The notes: generated from the letters alone by a model not told the origin. A DNA stretch of 61,680 bases, filler included, from Hausera hauseri (GCA_046269625.1; 9 parts of 9 records of this genome joined end to end with filler, not necessarily neighbours in it); one strand, 5' to 3'; positions 11,060 through 24,277 are shown, numbered from the whole stretch's first letter. Numbers and translations: made by a program.

Positions 11060-13150
11060 TTATCCATCCAAATCGACACTTTCTTGATTGATTCTGGTAT
11101 CTATCAGATCTTCATCGTCTGGTTGTGATCCTGGCCTGATGCGTTCAATAGGTATAAGTGTGGGTTGCATTTGTTTCAACAATAGCAAATATTTAATCTG
11201 GCCGTTAAAAAATTGTTCTGTAACCGATTCAAGTGTATTTGATACAATTAATTTAATTCGCAATTTGGTACTGAGCTGTACTCCGAAATTTACGGGTAGC
11301 TTCAGTATTACTGTTGTTTTCTGATATGGCACCAGAAAGTATTGACTGTCCGGTCTTTGATAAATGACTCCAATGAAGTTATTTCTTTCAGAGTTCCATT
11401 TTGAAATTCGTCTACATGTAATGGTCTTTTTGAAGAAATAGGGTCTGTCAATGTGATGTATTGGGATTGGCAGAGTTAGATGATCTTTCTTCAATAATAT
11501 ACCGAAATGGAATGCCATTTTTTCTACATTGTTTAAGCACCTTTCTATTTGTTGGGCCAATTTATCCGAATTTGATAACATTGTGTGAGTCATTATATCC
11601 TTGGTTTGGGGCGGGTGTTTCCATAATCCGATTTCTAAATCTTCATCGTTAACATCTGCTGCGAGTATTTGCTGAATATCTCTGTTATCCACTATATCCT
11701 CTGATTGTTCTGACTCCGGATCTTCTAGAGATATATTATCAGGAGTATTGAGCTCCATATCTATATCAATTTGTTCGTTGGTATCATTTTTTTTCTTACC
11801 ATTAACCAAACATACGTCAATTTTATGTATCCATCCGAAATTTTCTAGATACTTCTCTCTTCTATAAAATAGCTCACCAACGTCTATTATATTTTCTTGG
11901 GGATTGTCAGGTGTCCAATTTACTTGTCTTGGTTCATTGATGATATGTAAAATATCCATAGTTAATTCAAGTTTTCCATCTGTATCCTGATTATAAAGTT
12001 GACCATTCCGAAATTTTGGCAGTTTCAATTCTTTTGCAACATTGGTAATATCTATGGTAGTAAAAGTGACTCCTGTCACTTCTGGATGTTTCAGTATATC
12101 TATCACTCCTGCCAAATAATTTGGGTGGATTTCAAATATCTGTATCATTCTATGGGTATCAATACCCATCACTATGGTGCCGAAGAGCCATTGTGTTAGT
12201 TCTTTGGAAACTTCAAAAACATCAATTCCTCTTGATTGTAGAATCTGGAAATCGATTCCATGTCGGCCAGTGTTACAGTTATGAACTCTGTCTCTATTTA
12301 CCACGAATGCTCGATATAAGGTCTTTCCTTTCATATCTGAAACAATCACTTCTAACGGCATAGGAGATCCATCCACTTTGTAACCCAACGACACAGTCAA
12401 TACTCGAACGTTGTTTGATTGATTAGTTTGCAGATAATTTAGTTTTGAGTCCATTATAATTTCCGGCGGTGTCTGAGCTAGCACCATTGGACGTGGCATA
12501 GATAAGTGCTTTTCAGGTAAAAGCCACTCAATCATAAGTATTAGTGGTAGTCTGTTTGGTCTGAACTGAATTAGATTGGCATTCATAGGCGTGTTTATGG
12601 CTAACGTCTCCTCCTCAAAAAGGGTTGCTATATTGGACATATTATATTGAGAACTTCTTGATGTTTTTATGACAAGGTTACCTCTTGTCATGTGCAATAT
12701 GAGGCCATCAATAGAGGGACATTCTGTTATGTATTCTTCTAGTGATCGCTGATGTGATTCCGTAATGGTGGTAATTTTTATATGTCTGTTGACAGTCGGT
12801 CCATATTTCAATGAATTGGGAATCTGGGTTACATGATAGAAAAACTGCTCAGGATATACTGTTGCTTCTCTTCTGATATAATTGTAAAAAGTTCTGGACA
12901 TGGTTTTGGTAAATGATGAATTCTTAGATGCATACTGTGATAATAACTGTTCTATTGGGAGAGTGTCAGCATGAAACAATGGAAACAAACTAGTGGATCT
13001 GTTTTGGTGATGAATTTGTGCCATATCTTTTTTGTTTCTGATTCTTCGGTATCTGTCTTTGTGTTGGTGGTACAGGGGTAAAATATACCTTAAGCAGTAC
13101 CTAACATATAAATAATTCTTCTCCAATTCAACCCCGAGTTTTCCAGACAT
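11060..13150 (-). CDS. 696-aa protein with an inactive DEDDh (ISG20/REX4-like) exonuclease-fold domain; homologue of 57468-58856
   Basis: QIPNSLKYGPTVNR vs QIPNNLKGYSMSNR; PLEVIVSDMKGKTLYRAFV..VHNCNTGRHGI..TIVMG..LAGVIDILKH vs PIECSVITLDGQTLFYSVI..INNFDTHLTGL..KVIIG..IAGVRDILYH. Confidence 0.75.
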   Translation of the reverse strand: MSGKLGVELEKNYLYVRYCLRYILPLYHQHKDRYRRIRNKKDMAQIHHQNRSTSLFPLFHADTLPIEQLLSQYASKNSSFTKTMSRTFYNYIRREATVYPEQFFYHVTQIPNSLKYGPTVNRHIKITTITESHQRSLEEYITECPSIDGLILHMTRGNLVIKTSRSSQYNMSNIATLFEEETLAINTPMNANLIQFRPNRLPLILMIEWLLPEKHLSMPRPMVLAQTPPEIIMDSKLNYLQTNQSNNVRVLTVSLGYKVDGSPMPLEVIVSDMKGKTLYRAFVVNRDRVHNCNTGRHGIDFQILQSRGIDVFEVSKELTQWLFGTIVMGIDTHRMIQIFEIHPNYLAGVIDILKHPEVTGVTFTTIDITNVAKELKLPKFRNGQLYNQDTDGKLELTMDILHIINEPRQVNWTPDNPQENIIDVGELFYRREKYLENFGWIHKIDVCLVNGKKKNDTNEQIDIDMELNTPDNISLEDPESEQSEDIVDNRDIQQILAADVNDEDLEIGLWKHPPQTKDIMTHTMLSNSDKLAQQIERCLNNVEKMAFHFGILLKKDHLTLPIPIHHIDRPYFFKKTITCRRISKWNSERNNFIGVIYQRPDSQYFLVPYQKTTVILKLPVNFGVQLSTKLRIKLIVSNTLESVTEQFFNGQIKYLLLLKQMQPTLIPIERIRPGSQPDDEDLIDTRINQESVDLDG

Positions 13151-15885
13151 GAGGCATCACGTTTTTAATTAATCGGATATCTCTGTTAGTCTCCTGATCC
13201 GAAGGATTATGAGTTCCAAAATAATCTTGGGTTCGACGTAAACCCCATGTGCAGAGATGCAGCCATTTAAACCTCAATTTTCTATTCATTCTATATCCAT
13301 ATGGACCTACACCAATCCAAGGATCACCCATTGGTTTGTAGCAACGAAATTATAGCTTTTATCAATAAAACTAAAATGTTAATCCTATCGAAATATTAGA
13401 ACAGGAATGATCATTACCCACTTTACACATTTAGATAGGCCAAGGCTGTGAGACGTAAGTTGGGTATGTATTGGAATCATAATATTGTAGGTAACTCGAG
13501 TCGGGCATATATTGGAATCATAATATTGTAAGTTAATTCGTGCAATTTGACATATTCGATGTCCCGACGATTATCAAAATTTAATGGGATGACTAGGAAT
13601 TTTCCAAAGATAATTAATAAGATACATCCGATGTCCCGACGATTATCAAAATTTTCAATGTAATCATCTATATATAGCCGTTACTAAAAATACTTCTTAC
13701 CAAATTCAAATTCCATTTACGCATGTTTTGGTTATATTTATAAATTCACCTTTACCATTAAGATGTTTATTTACTTCATTTCATTATTCGGTTTGTTGGG
13801 CGAACTACTATTCTTTACGCATCGGACACCGATCTAGACCCGATAGGTAGGGCGTACACGAAATTTACCATTATCTAATCGATAACCACAAACGCAGTAG
13901 AAATACAGGGAATCGATGATAAACATCCCCGAATAATTTCCTCAAATGTTATTCATCAGGATTATACCATCTCTCATCCTCGTAATACTTTTGCTAAAAC
14001 AGCGACGTGTACCCTTTTGTATATGCAACGAAAATTTTTGGGTTAAGACGGTTTCACCAATCGTCTTTATGATCGAGGTCAGATATCAAGTATTGCGTTA
14101 TTTACGGTATCACTCCTCCTTTCTACACAACTGGAATTTATCCAAGGCCAAATATACAAAATTTAACATGATTCTTTTGCAGTCGGACTGAATATAAATT
14201 CGTTCAATTTTCACTAATAGTACCATCTTTTAACGACATCACCCGTCGAATTGACACCCCAATGATATATATCGATCTGTGTTCGTCAGTGATTATTCTA
14301 ACCATTGGCTTGGTCCTCACTGGGCAATCATTGAGCTGGTCCTGATCTCTAGCGATTCTTTCACTACAATATCTCTCAATATCCCAGCCTGTATGATGAC
14401 TGTCCCCAAATAGGAGGAATCTTTCCTTTTAATTTTCGTCTATGCGAACTAAAAATTTTTAGTTTCTAACTCCATCGCTTCTATATCTGCACATACCAAT
14501 CTGGATAATTGGTTGGCAATATTATCAAACGGCTTCCAGTTTTTTAATTAACCCTGGTTAGAAAAGATGCATCCAAATCAAAACATGAATCATTCATATA
14601 ATATTCTCTCATCTCTATCAGATCGTTCACAGCCGCATAACAATTTCATCTTGCGCCTTTTCAATAATCTCATCATGCCGGAAAGCTAATTACCAAAAGA
14701 AGCCGAAATCTAGTTCGGGGAGTCATTGATTCTAAAATAACATCACACTGTTAAGGTTCACCCGGGAACATCTGAACGACAGACTAACAAATCTGACTTG
14801 CTCAAAGTTTCAGGATTAGCTGAGGTATTAGTACGCTTCTTTAAGTCAGCTCTTTCTAACGTTTACAGTACATCAAGATACTTTCCAAATCATGACCCTT
14901 TATTCGGTATCCATCCAGATCGGTAATCTTCTGACAAGCCAAGGATAAACTCCAATTGATATAACAACTATTACTGATCCATGCATCTTAAACTTTAAAA
15001 CGGTATTTATACGCAGCGGAAACCGCATCTCTTTATCGCACAACTAAATATAAAATTTTATTTATAGGTACAGCACAGATAATCACGTAAATATAACTCT
15101 TCTTGTTTATCAAATATATTCAATGAACAAATTGTGATCGTCGTTATTCAAAACAATAACGCATATTGAATCAGCATCATGCGACCTTGAGTTGCCGTAA
15201 GTCCATTCTTTCTCAATTCGACTACCGGCTTGTCTCTGTTTGGATTTCCCTAATTTACACAACCTTCCATAATTTAACTAAATCAAAATGATTCGAAATC
15301 GATAACCTTCGAACTACATTTTACAATTATATTAGACATGATATCGATGTAAACAGGATTCTCCGTAAACCGCAATACCATTAATAATCGTTATATTCAT
15401 TGTCACAGAACGTTCAAGGAGGCAATCATCTATCATATCGGTGTACTGCTAGCCAATTCATTGTCATCCTGTCGTATATCCCGTGTCTTGTCGATTCTTT
15501 CGCTATGCATCTGTATACAGGGGGTCTCGACAGCCATCTTCTTTAATCTTTGGTCCATAATGACTAAGAGGCCAATCTTGTTATCAAATTTATTTTTTAA
15601 AATATTTATTGTACTACAATGATTTACACAAAAATAAAAACAAAATAGAATCAAAATAGATGAACCGAAGACACACGTACCCGATTCCAATTCCAACGAG
15701 TTGATAGAGACATCATTATTGTTCGTGGCCATGGTCCTATTATTGACTATAATTATCAAAACTTTCAATGTAAGATCCTACCTTGGATTCCAAATTTCAA
15801 AATTGAATAGGTTGAAGGTAAAATAAGTGTGTTTTTAAGGTTTTTGAGGCAAGTTTATATACTTGCGTGTTTCTATTTTCAGGGA

Positions 15886-16340
15886 TGACGCAAATTTATT
15901 TTTGGAGATTGCGACACTATGTCGTTATTTTCCAATTTTAATTTTGGAAAACCAAACACAATTCTTTCAATGACGCAAATTTATTTTTGGAAATTGCGAC
16001 ACTATGTCGTTATTTTCCAATTTTAATTTTGGAAAACCAAACACAATTCTTTGATGGAATCCCAACACTATATCCCCATTTCCAATATGACAAATCCATT
16101 TTTTAAAATTGATCCACAAATAATAATTTGCTTATATTTTCAAAATATTTTCAAAATACAATCTCGTGCATTTTTAGAATTGTTCCACAAATAATAATTT
16201 ACGCATATTTCTAAAATATTAATTTTTCAAAATACAATCTCATGTATCCACAAATAATAACCTACGCATATTTCTAAAATATTATTTCCCGAAATAATAT
16301 ATTCAATAATCTACGTGCAAATAATAATTTGCGTATACTT
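15886..16340. repeat. Tandem/nested direct repeats: ~85-bp duplication TGACGCAAATTTATTTTTGG..., then CCACAAATAATAA/CATATTTCTAAAATATT units
   Basis: Visible near-identical copies at 15886 and 15971; further short duplications at 13468-13655 and 16495-16575. Confidence 0.85.
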
Positions 16341-16639
16341 TTATTTTTCAGGAAGACGTATCTCTAAGTTCACCAACAGGGTCAGGGATACAATAATTAT
16401 ACAAGATACAGGAAAAATATGGATGTCCATCATGTGGGACTTAACATATTTATAACAGAAGATAATATAAAAATAATGGTTTATTGTCATTCCAAATGTA
16501 TAGAAAAATTCAAAATCATTTATTTAATCGTCATCAAATGTATAGAAAAATTCAAAATCATTTAATCGTCATCATAATAATGTGAGATGTAAGTGTAAAT
16601 GTACGCGGAGGTTTGTTGGGAAGGTTCTTTCGGAATGTT

Positions 16640-16672
16640 GCTTAAGGGGTCGTAACAGTTCTCCCCCTTTTG
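16640..16672 (-). promoter_or_regulatory. Gypsy-type polypurine tract and LTR start (AAAAGGGGGAGAAC-TGTTACG, TG at 16657)
   Basis: Purine tract immediately followed by TG on the minus strand. Confidence 0.5.
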
Positions 16673-16825
16673 AGAAGGATTCGGTCCTCCGGATCACTCT
16701 GGGTACTGGCATCGATGAAACTGAGNNNNNNNNNNNNNNNNNNNNNNNNNNNNNNNNNNNNNNNNNNNNTTAATTAATTAANNNNNNNNNNNNNNNNNNN
16801 NNNNNNNNNNNNNNNNNNNNNNNNN

Positions 16826-17737
16826 TACCGACCATTACATGGATTCTATCCGTATTTACACAGATGGGTCAACTTTTAAGGCAACAGTTCATGCAGGATA
16901 TTGAGCTGTAATCATTCCGTCAGACACAGAAGAATCCATCAAAATATTAGGCCCTTGTGGTACATTGTGTACAAATTATGAAGCAGAAGTGGTCGTCATT
17001 AATGAAGCTTTGATAAAAATGTTTGAACAATTTGAATCTAAAGGATTGAAATCGATGGATATTATAGTCTCCTCAGATTCACAGGCAACCTAAACAGCAA
17101 TAGAAAATTGGAGAATAAATTCAGTTGACACCACCCAGAAGATAAAGAAATATGCCACAAAATCATAATCCTGTATGATGTGAATGTATACATGCAGTGG
17201 ATGCCAGGCCACACAAGCATCTATTTCAATGCGAAAGCCGATAGATAGAGGAGAGCACAAATGCCCCAGATAGAACATCAATTAAGTTTGGCAACAGCAA
17301 AACAGATAATCAAAAAATAATCGTAGAGAGGATTGGATGAATAAGTGGGCACAGGCTAAAACAGGAAGGAGGCTTTTCAGACACCTTACAGCCCCCAACA
17401 CTGAACATGCTATCAACAGGAATGAATGCAAGTACCAAACACAGATCTTCATGTTGAGAACTGGCCACTTTACACTAAATGCTCACAGAAGCAGAATGGA
17501 CCCTCAGAGAACAGCACAATGTAGACATTGTGCACACCACAACGAGACAATGAAGCACCACCGCACTCCAGGAACTAAGATAGACTCTACTACCTGTCAA
17601 CCCTAACAAGACAATATCCTATATGGCAGCCCACAGCAGCTTTGTAATACTGCACACTACCGCATATTGGCATCAAAGTCAACAAGAGCTGACGCTTGAT
17701 GATTGTGGATCAAAGACATGACAAGACAAGACAAGAC
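16826..17737 (+). mobile_element. 3' end of an RNase H-bearing LINE (I group: I/Nimb/Ingi-like), decayed
   Basis: IYTDGS, NYEAEV, SDSQA, QWMPGH RNase H motifs; LRTGH..CRHC..ETMKH zinc knuckle; (ACAAG)n tail at 17721-17737. Confidence 0.85.
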
Positions 17738-17989
17738 GTGGGCAGATATCTTGGCTGACTATGGTTCGCCAGCCATGGCATTGAGCATCAGGAGAACACT
17801 CACAGCACTTTAATCTCAATATGAAAATGTTAATTGTCGACCATCGTTTCACATCAAATCATTTGAGATTGATTCGAACTCCTTAGGAGCAATTATAGCA
17901 TAGTGAACGAAGTCCACAGCACCTGCGATGAACCACATAATATTCTGGTACAATGGGTACGCATTTTTACAGAAACGTTTTACGGACAG

Positions 17990-18070
17990 GGAATTTTTCA
18001 GCCTAGTCTTTAATATGTACAGGTTTACATGGGACCTCGGAGTTTATCATCCATCTCAGACAGGACTAAA
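17990..18070 (-). mobile_element. Possible MetaSINE/MESC-like central domain
   Basis: Minus strand GTCCTGTCTGAGATGGATGATAAACTCCGAGGTCCCATGT resembles the Meta-domain consensus as I recall it (GTCCTTCGGATGAGAC..AAACCGAGGTCCC). Confidence 0.35.
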
Positions 18071-18819
18071 TGTTCCACCTACCAGGGACCTGCGGCTGAC
18101 TTACTTATTTATACATTCCCGTGATTAAAGTCGGTATTGGCAACACAGTTTTTACTTTACAAACATCCTATACTAATGGTATGTAATTTTTCCTACTGTT
18201 TCTCCTTCTGTTTTTACATGCCTGAAGAAGACATCGTCGTCGTCGTAAAGTGGTTGTTCATTTGTTTCTCTCATTGTAACAAAATTTCTCCAACCATTTT
18301 TTATTTTTTTCCTCCGCCAGACCTGTTATTAGTCTTACTGTAGTAAGCTTCCTTTATTAGTTTTCTCTACATTTCGACAGTACCAGCTCTCTACTCCTAT
18401 CACATATTGTGCACTATTTACTTGTTTATATTTTTTACGCGAGTTGGGAACGTTCGTCAGTATTTTCTCTATTTGACCATAGACTTTCTAAGTAGTGATA
18501 CAGGTACAAAACGACCCGAATCCTCTTGCCAGGTGCTTATATAAGCTATAGTCACTGGCAAGCTCCTGCAACCAAGCCTTAAAAGTCAAGGGCAGCTAAC
18601 TGTTGCAAGGGATAGATAAGTGATGTGCCGTCATCAGTGAGCATTCGGCGTGTGTCGTGATCGAGACCTTCTGATGTAGGGAGCATGGGAGCAGATGAGC
18701 TTGGCGGAGACTATAAGGCAAAGAAGAAAAAATGGGGCGCATGGGGGCGCAAGTCACGAGCAAGATGGCTGAGGTAAAGGGGTTGATAATCAATGTGACG
18801 TCATCAGTGAGCTAGTCAA

Positions 18820-20285
18820 TAGCATCATGTGCCGTGTCGTATAAGGGTTTAGTGAACGAGTCCTTCCGATACTTTTAAGAGACAAATAGAGTCAATAGCA
18901 GAAGGCGTCATGGCGTATAAGGGTTTTTATCACTATTAGTGACCAAGACCTTCATCATCATGCAGTGTATAAGGCTTTAGTGAGAATTCATCATCATCAT
19001 GTGCCGTATAGTGAACGTTCCAACACCTCCATCTTTGATATGTGAGATAATTAAGATTATGGGAGATTGTGGGAGCGGGTTTCTTCTTAGGCTCGGCAGT
19101 AGAGTGTAGCGGATCATCATCATTGTATGTTAGTAACCAGGACCTTCCGATACCGCCGTATTTGAGAGTTGAGATAACCATAAATTATAATAGGACAGGA
19201 GATGGGAAAGAAGTAGAGCTTATAAAACCTTGCAGATGACTTGGTGGAGGGTCTGCAGGAGGGTTGGAGTGTGGTAGACTAACCAAGACCTTCCAACGCC
19301 TCCATGAGATGATATAGCTTAAATAACAAATATTAAACCTAAGACTGGCGCTGGCATAGGGCGTATTGGTTCTTCTAAATCTGAGCGACAGATGAGTCGA
19401 TCTATTGCATCTAGGGTGTGGACAAACATCATTGTCTAATAGTCACCAAGACCTTCCGCTCCTATAGGAAAAAGGGGGACTCTGCAAGGGGGCTGAGCGG
19501 TGGATTATCATCACTGTCGTTTAGTGACCAAGACCTCCCGAAGCTGTATGAAGCCGTCGGAGCTCTGGGTGGCAAGCCGACCTATAGCATCTAAATCTTC
19601 ATCTCTGTCGTTTAGTAACCAAGACCTTCCGAAGTTGTAGGATGCTGAGAGCGTTGAGTGGCAAGCCGATCTATAGCTAGTAGGGCCCAAGACCTTCAGA
19701 TGTCTCCGTGACCAAGACATGCTGACAGCATTGAGGACCCGACAAAGAGCATCTAATTGTATGCGGCAAACCATCCGATAGCAGCTAGATAATCATCATT
19801 GGCTATTAGTGTCCAAGACCGGCTTTCAGAAATGATAGTAAGAGGCTGGATGCCGACAAAAGGGGTCATGACGGCGTTGGTGGCGTCTATAGCGCAAAGA
19901 ATAAAAAAACAGGGACCAAGGGGAGCAAGCCTGGCGCATAAGGGCGTCAGTAGGGGAGCAAGGGGGAGCAAACCTAGTACAAGATGGCGTCGGTATTCGA
20001 TGTAACGGCTTTAGCGAGCATTCTAATCATTAGCACCATGTACCGTGGTGTATAAGGGCTTAGGGAATGAACCCTTCTGATACTTTTGAAAGACAATTTC
20101 TTCTTAGAGTCAATAGCAACAGGCGTCGTGGTGTATAAGGTTTTTAGGACTATTAGTCACCAAGACCTTCATCATCATGCGGCGTATAAGGCTTTAGTGA
20201 ACGAGACCTTCCGCTCCTGAAGTTGTATGATGCTGGGGGACTCTGAGTGATAAAAGGGGCCGACCTATAGCGGTGGATCATCATC
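18820..20285. repeat. Diverged tandem repeat (~80-100-bp monomers) with conserved core TTAGTRACCAAGACCTTCC
   Basis: Core seen ~13-15 times (e.g. 18936, 19130, 19440, 19520, 19611, 20153, 20193); block 18820-18985 duplicated at ~20030-20200. Confidence 0.85.
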
Positions 20286-20628
20286 TTTAACATATTTTGA
20301 GCGTCAAGAAAGCAAATGGATAGACGGAGGAAACAGTTCATCGTCGGGGAACTGCTAGAGGTGCAGGACAAGACCACCGCGGCAATGATTGGTTTAAAGT
20401 ATAAATTTATAAGGTCATATTTTTATATTAAGGGCAGGTATCTTAATTGTGCTGGAGGTGGTTTAGGACGTCTTACTCATGCTTGAGCAGGTCTATGGGA
20501 TGGGCACATTTTCATTTAAGCTTGGGCATCTTAAAGGTGCTGGCGGTGGGTGAGGTCTGAGTTGTACGAGAAAACTCAAAATTCGAGCGGAGCTAAAGAA
20601 GGAAATGCGGAACTATTTTTGGCGCAGT

Positions 20629-22964
20629 GATTTCAAATAGCATGATGCAATAACGTAATCCAAGTTGGGACTACTTTTTGCGTAGTGTTTTAATTACCAT
20701 GACGTAATAAGACCACGGGAAAAATTTACATTGGAAGGCACAGAGAAACAAAGAAATCGATTCGAAAAGATACACGAAAATACAACAACAACCTATCAGA
20801 AGAAGCAGAAACAACCACCAAGAAAGAAAACACGAAACAAATGTATGATCCCACTAAGAAATAAACATGAAACTTTGGAAGACCAAGAAAAATATGTAAA
20901 AGGCAAAAAGGAAATACGATTTTAGGGTTAAGAAAACAAATGGATACACAAATGAACTATTACACAGACCAACAGCGACAAAACCCACCAAATATTCCTC
21001 CTGAGGCAATTAGACTTATCTGTATACTGTGATTTATGAACTTGAGAAATAGTTAATCAGCGCACAAGATTGGAATGATAAGAAAAGAGACTGACATAAA
21101 GCCAAAATGGAAGGCTATAAGAAACAGTTAACAAAAGAAACAAGCAGCTTTTTTACGAACTCGCCCACTTTCTTTTACAATTTTATTCTTTTCTATTTCA
21201 TTTTCCCTTGACTTTTGTCATGCACTGTTTTTTCCTCCATCTGTTGGGCCAAGTCTCGAGTGCTGTGTGCAGAGTCTGTGCTCTCATCGCTGGGGGACTT
21301 CTTAAAAGTACGGTGGAAAAGTTGAGATGTGAAAAATCCTAACATGAAAACTTGCTGCTATGACAAAAAAACGCCAATATGAAAAGTTACTGACATGAAA
21401 ACACGAGACATGACACAATGTTGAAAAGAAAAATTGTCGACACGCCAAAGATACCAATATGAAAAGTTGAGATATGAAAACTTGAGACGCGGAAAGTCAT
21501 CGACATGACAAACTCACTGACATGACAAAGTCATCGATCTGAAAGTTGACGACCCAAAGGTTGTTGACATGACCGTTGTAGAAATGAAGGTTGTTGACAT
21601 GAAAGACTCCAACATGACAAAGTCGCTGAGATGAAAGTTGTCGACACGAAAGTTGTTGACATGACTGTTGCAGAAATGCAGGTTGTTGACATGGAAGTTG
21701 CCAACATGACAAAATCGCCGACATGGCGAAATCGCCGACACGAAAGTGAAAACTTGTTGATGTGAAAAATCCTAACATGAAAACTGGAGATGTTGAACGT
21801 CGCCGATATGAAAAACGTTCCAACATGTCAAAGTCGCTGATATGAAAGTTTATGCCCCGAAAGTTGTCGAGATGAAAGTTAAAACTTGTCGACGTGAAAA
21901 ATCCTAACATGAAAACAGAAGACATGGAAAGTCGCTGATGTGAAAACGTTCTAACATGTCAAAGTCGGTGACATGAAAGTTGATGACTCGAAAGTTGTCG
22001 ACATGAAAGTTAGCGATATGAATGTTGTCAACATCAAGGTTGTCGACATGTAAACTTGTCGATGTGAAAAATCCTAACATGAAAACTTGAGACTTGGAAA
22101 GTTACCGACATGAACCTTACCAACATGAGAAAGTCGCTGAGATTAAAGTTGTCGACACGAAAGTGAAAACTTGTTGCCGTGAAAAATCCTAACATGAAAA
22201 CTGGACACACGGAACGTCGCTGAGCATGAAAAACGTTAAAACATGTCAAAGTCGCTGACATGAATATTGATGCCCCAAAAGTTGTTGGCATGAAAGTTAA
22301 TGATATGAATGCTGAAATGTCTTGTTTATTTCTCTTTGATCAAAGTCACAATAATCTTTTGGTATCGGTATTGCTAGGTTCTCAGCCAATCTTTCTGCTT
22401 TCGCCATTTCTGTGATGTGAAAGTGGGCGAGTTCGTAAAAAAGCTGCTTGTTTCTTTTGTTAACTGTTTCTTTTAGCCTTCCATTTTGGCTTTATGTCTG
22501 TTTCTTTTTTTTCGGGCCAAGCTTGTGCGCTGGTTAACTATTTCTCAAGTTCATGAATCACAGTATACAGATAAGTCCATTTGCCTCAGGAGGAATATTT
22601 AGTGGGTTTTTTCGGTGTTGGTCAGTTTAATAGTTTATTTGTGTATCCATTTGTTTTCTTAACCCTAAAATCTTATTTTCCTTCTTTGTCTTTTTACATA
22701 TTTTTCTTGGTCTTCCAAAGTTTCATGTTTATTTCTTAGTGGGATCATATATTTCTTTCGTGTTTTCTTTCTTGGTGGTTGTTTCTGCTTCTTCTGTTAG
22801 GTTGTTGCTGTATTTTCGTGTATCTTTCCGAATTGCTATCTTTGTTTCTCTGTGCCTTCCAATGTAAATTTTTCCCGTGGTCTTATTACGTTACGGTAAT
22901 AAAAACACTACGCAAAAAGTAGTCCCGTCTTGGATTACGTTATTGCATCATGCTATTTGAAATC
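20629..22964. mobile_element. Foldback/MITE-like non-coding element with ~545-bp inverted arms (20629-21172 and 22419-22964)
   Basis: GATTTCAAATAGCATGATGC...CTCGCCCACTTTC is reverse-complemented as GAAAGTGGGCGAG...GCATCATGCTATTTGAAATC with scattered substitutions. Confidence 0.9.
21310..22312. repeat. Degenerate minisatellite of ~15-17-bp units (GACATGAAAGTTGTC-like) with higher-order ~130-bp repeats
   Basis: Dozens of ACATGAAA/AAGTTGTCG units; TGTGAAAAATCCTAACATGAAAAC recurs five times. Confidence 0.9.
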
Positions 22965-24277
22965 TTGATTACCTTTTCTCTCTGTCACAGAAGTGATCTC
23001 TTTAATCAGAAGTCTGCCCCGAAAGAAATCTTGTGGTATGGATGGTATTTCACCACGCATCCTGTATCTAGCAGCTCCTGTCGTAGCTGAGTCTCTTACG
23101 TATATTTATAACTTATGTATTACCCAGAAGACATTTCCAGAGCACCTAAAAGCAGGGCTCGTGTTTCCAATCCCAAAAAAGGGCAACCATGACCTTGTAG
23201 AAAATTACAGACCAATTTCGCTTCTCTCTGCAATATCCAAGCCTCTTGAGCGACATATTTACAATCATATGCAGACCTCTATCAATAAATTCAATCTCCT
23301 ACATGAAAATCAATCAGGCTTTCGACGAACTCACTCTTGTCAATCTCTGCTAACTAAACTCACTGAGATATGGCACTCAAACATAAACATTAGTAAAATA
23401 AATGGTGTCCTGTTGATAGACTTGAGTAAAGCATTCGACAGAATAGACCATAACATACTTTTACATAAATTAAAATTGTACAATTTCCATCCTGACATTA
23501 TCTCAATGACACAATCGTTTCTCGAAAATCGAACGCAGTGTGTTCTTCATCAGAACATCTTGTCTAAACCCTACACTGTATCAGTGGGTGTACCACAAGG
23601 CTCGATATTGGGTCCTCTGCTTTTTAATATCTATGTTAACGACCTTCTGTTAACATTCCCACATGACGAATGTCTTATGTTTGCCGACGATACAACTCTG
23701 ACAGTAGCAAGCTCAGACATGCACTCTGTAGAGTCTCTTCTCCAGTACCACTTAGATGCATTACACCGATGGTGCATAGTCAACAAAATGTCCATCAATA
23801 CCGCCAAGACTAAATCATTAATAGTGTCTACAAGGCAAAAGCTTCAAAACTGCCAGTCTACCAAATTGTCAATCACACTGGAAGGGGAACATATTGAGCA
23901 AGTTTCCGAACACTCATTACTAGGCGTCATCATAGACCAGACTTTAAGCTGGAAGCCACATATTTTCGTTACGACAAAGAAAATAGCCCAAAAAGTTTAC
24001 CAGTTATCAAAAATTAAGCACTTCTTATGCATTAACTCTAGATTAGCATTTTATCATGCGCATATACAAAGCCACCTCTCCTATTGTTCCAGCGTTTGGA
24101 GTCGTGGTAATTCCACTGCCATGAAGAGGCTTGAGTCTCTCCAAAAGAGAGCAATGCGTCTGATTTGCTTAGATAGAGATAAGGAGTGCACACAAATGTT
24201 TTCTTTTCTAAATGTTCTCCCAGTCAAAAAGTTCTTCTACTATCAAGATCTTAAATACGTCTATCAAATACTGCATA
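22965..24277 (+). mobile_element. Non-LTR retrotransposon (CR1/L2-group) ORF2 reverse transcriptase, open frame, truncated at both ends
   Basis: GMDGI, NYRPISLL, QSGFR, DLSKAFD, GVPQGSILGPLLF, FADD, LGVIID..LSW. Confidence 0.93.

Noticed and set aside
18848-20215. CRISPR-like array
   Set aside because: Irregular spacing, degenerate repeats, spacers homologous to each other, no cas genes, eukaryotic context
21497-22291. Repetitive ORFs in the minisatellite
   Set aside because: By-products of the tandem array with no protein signature
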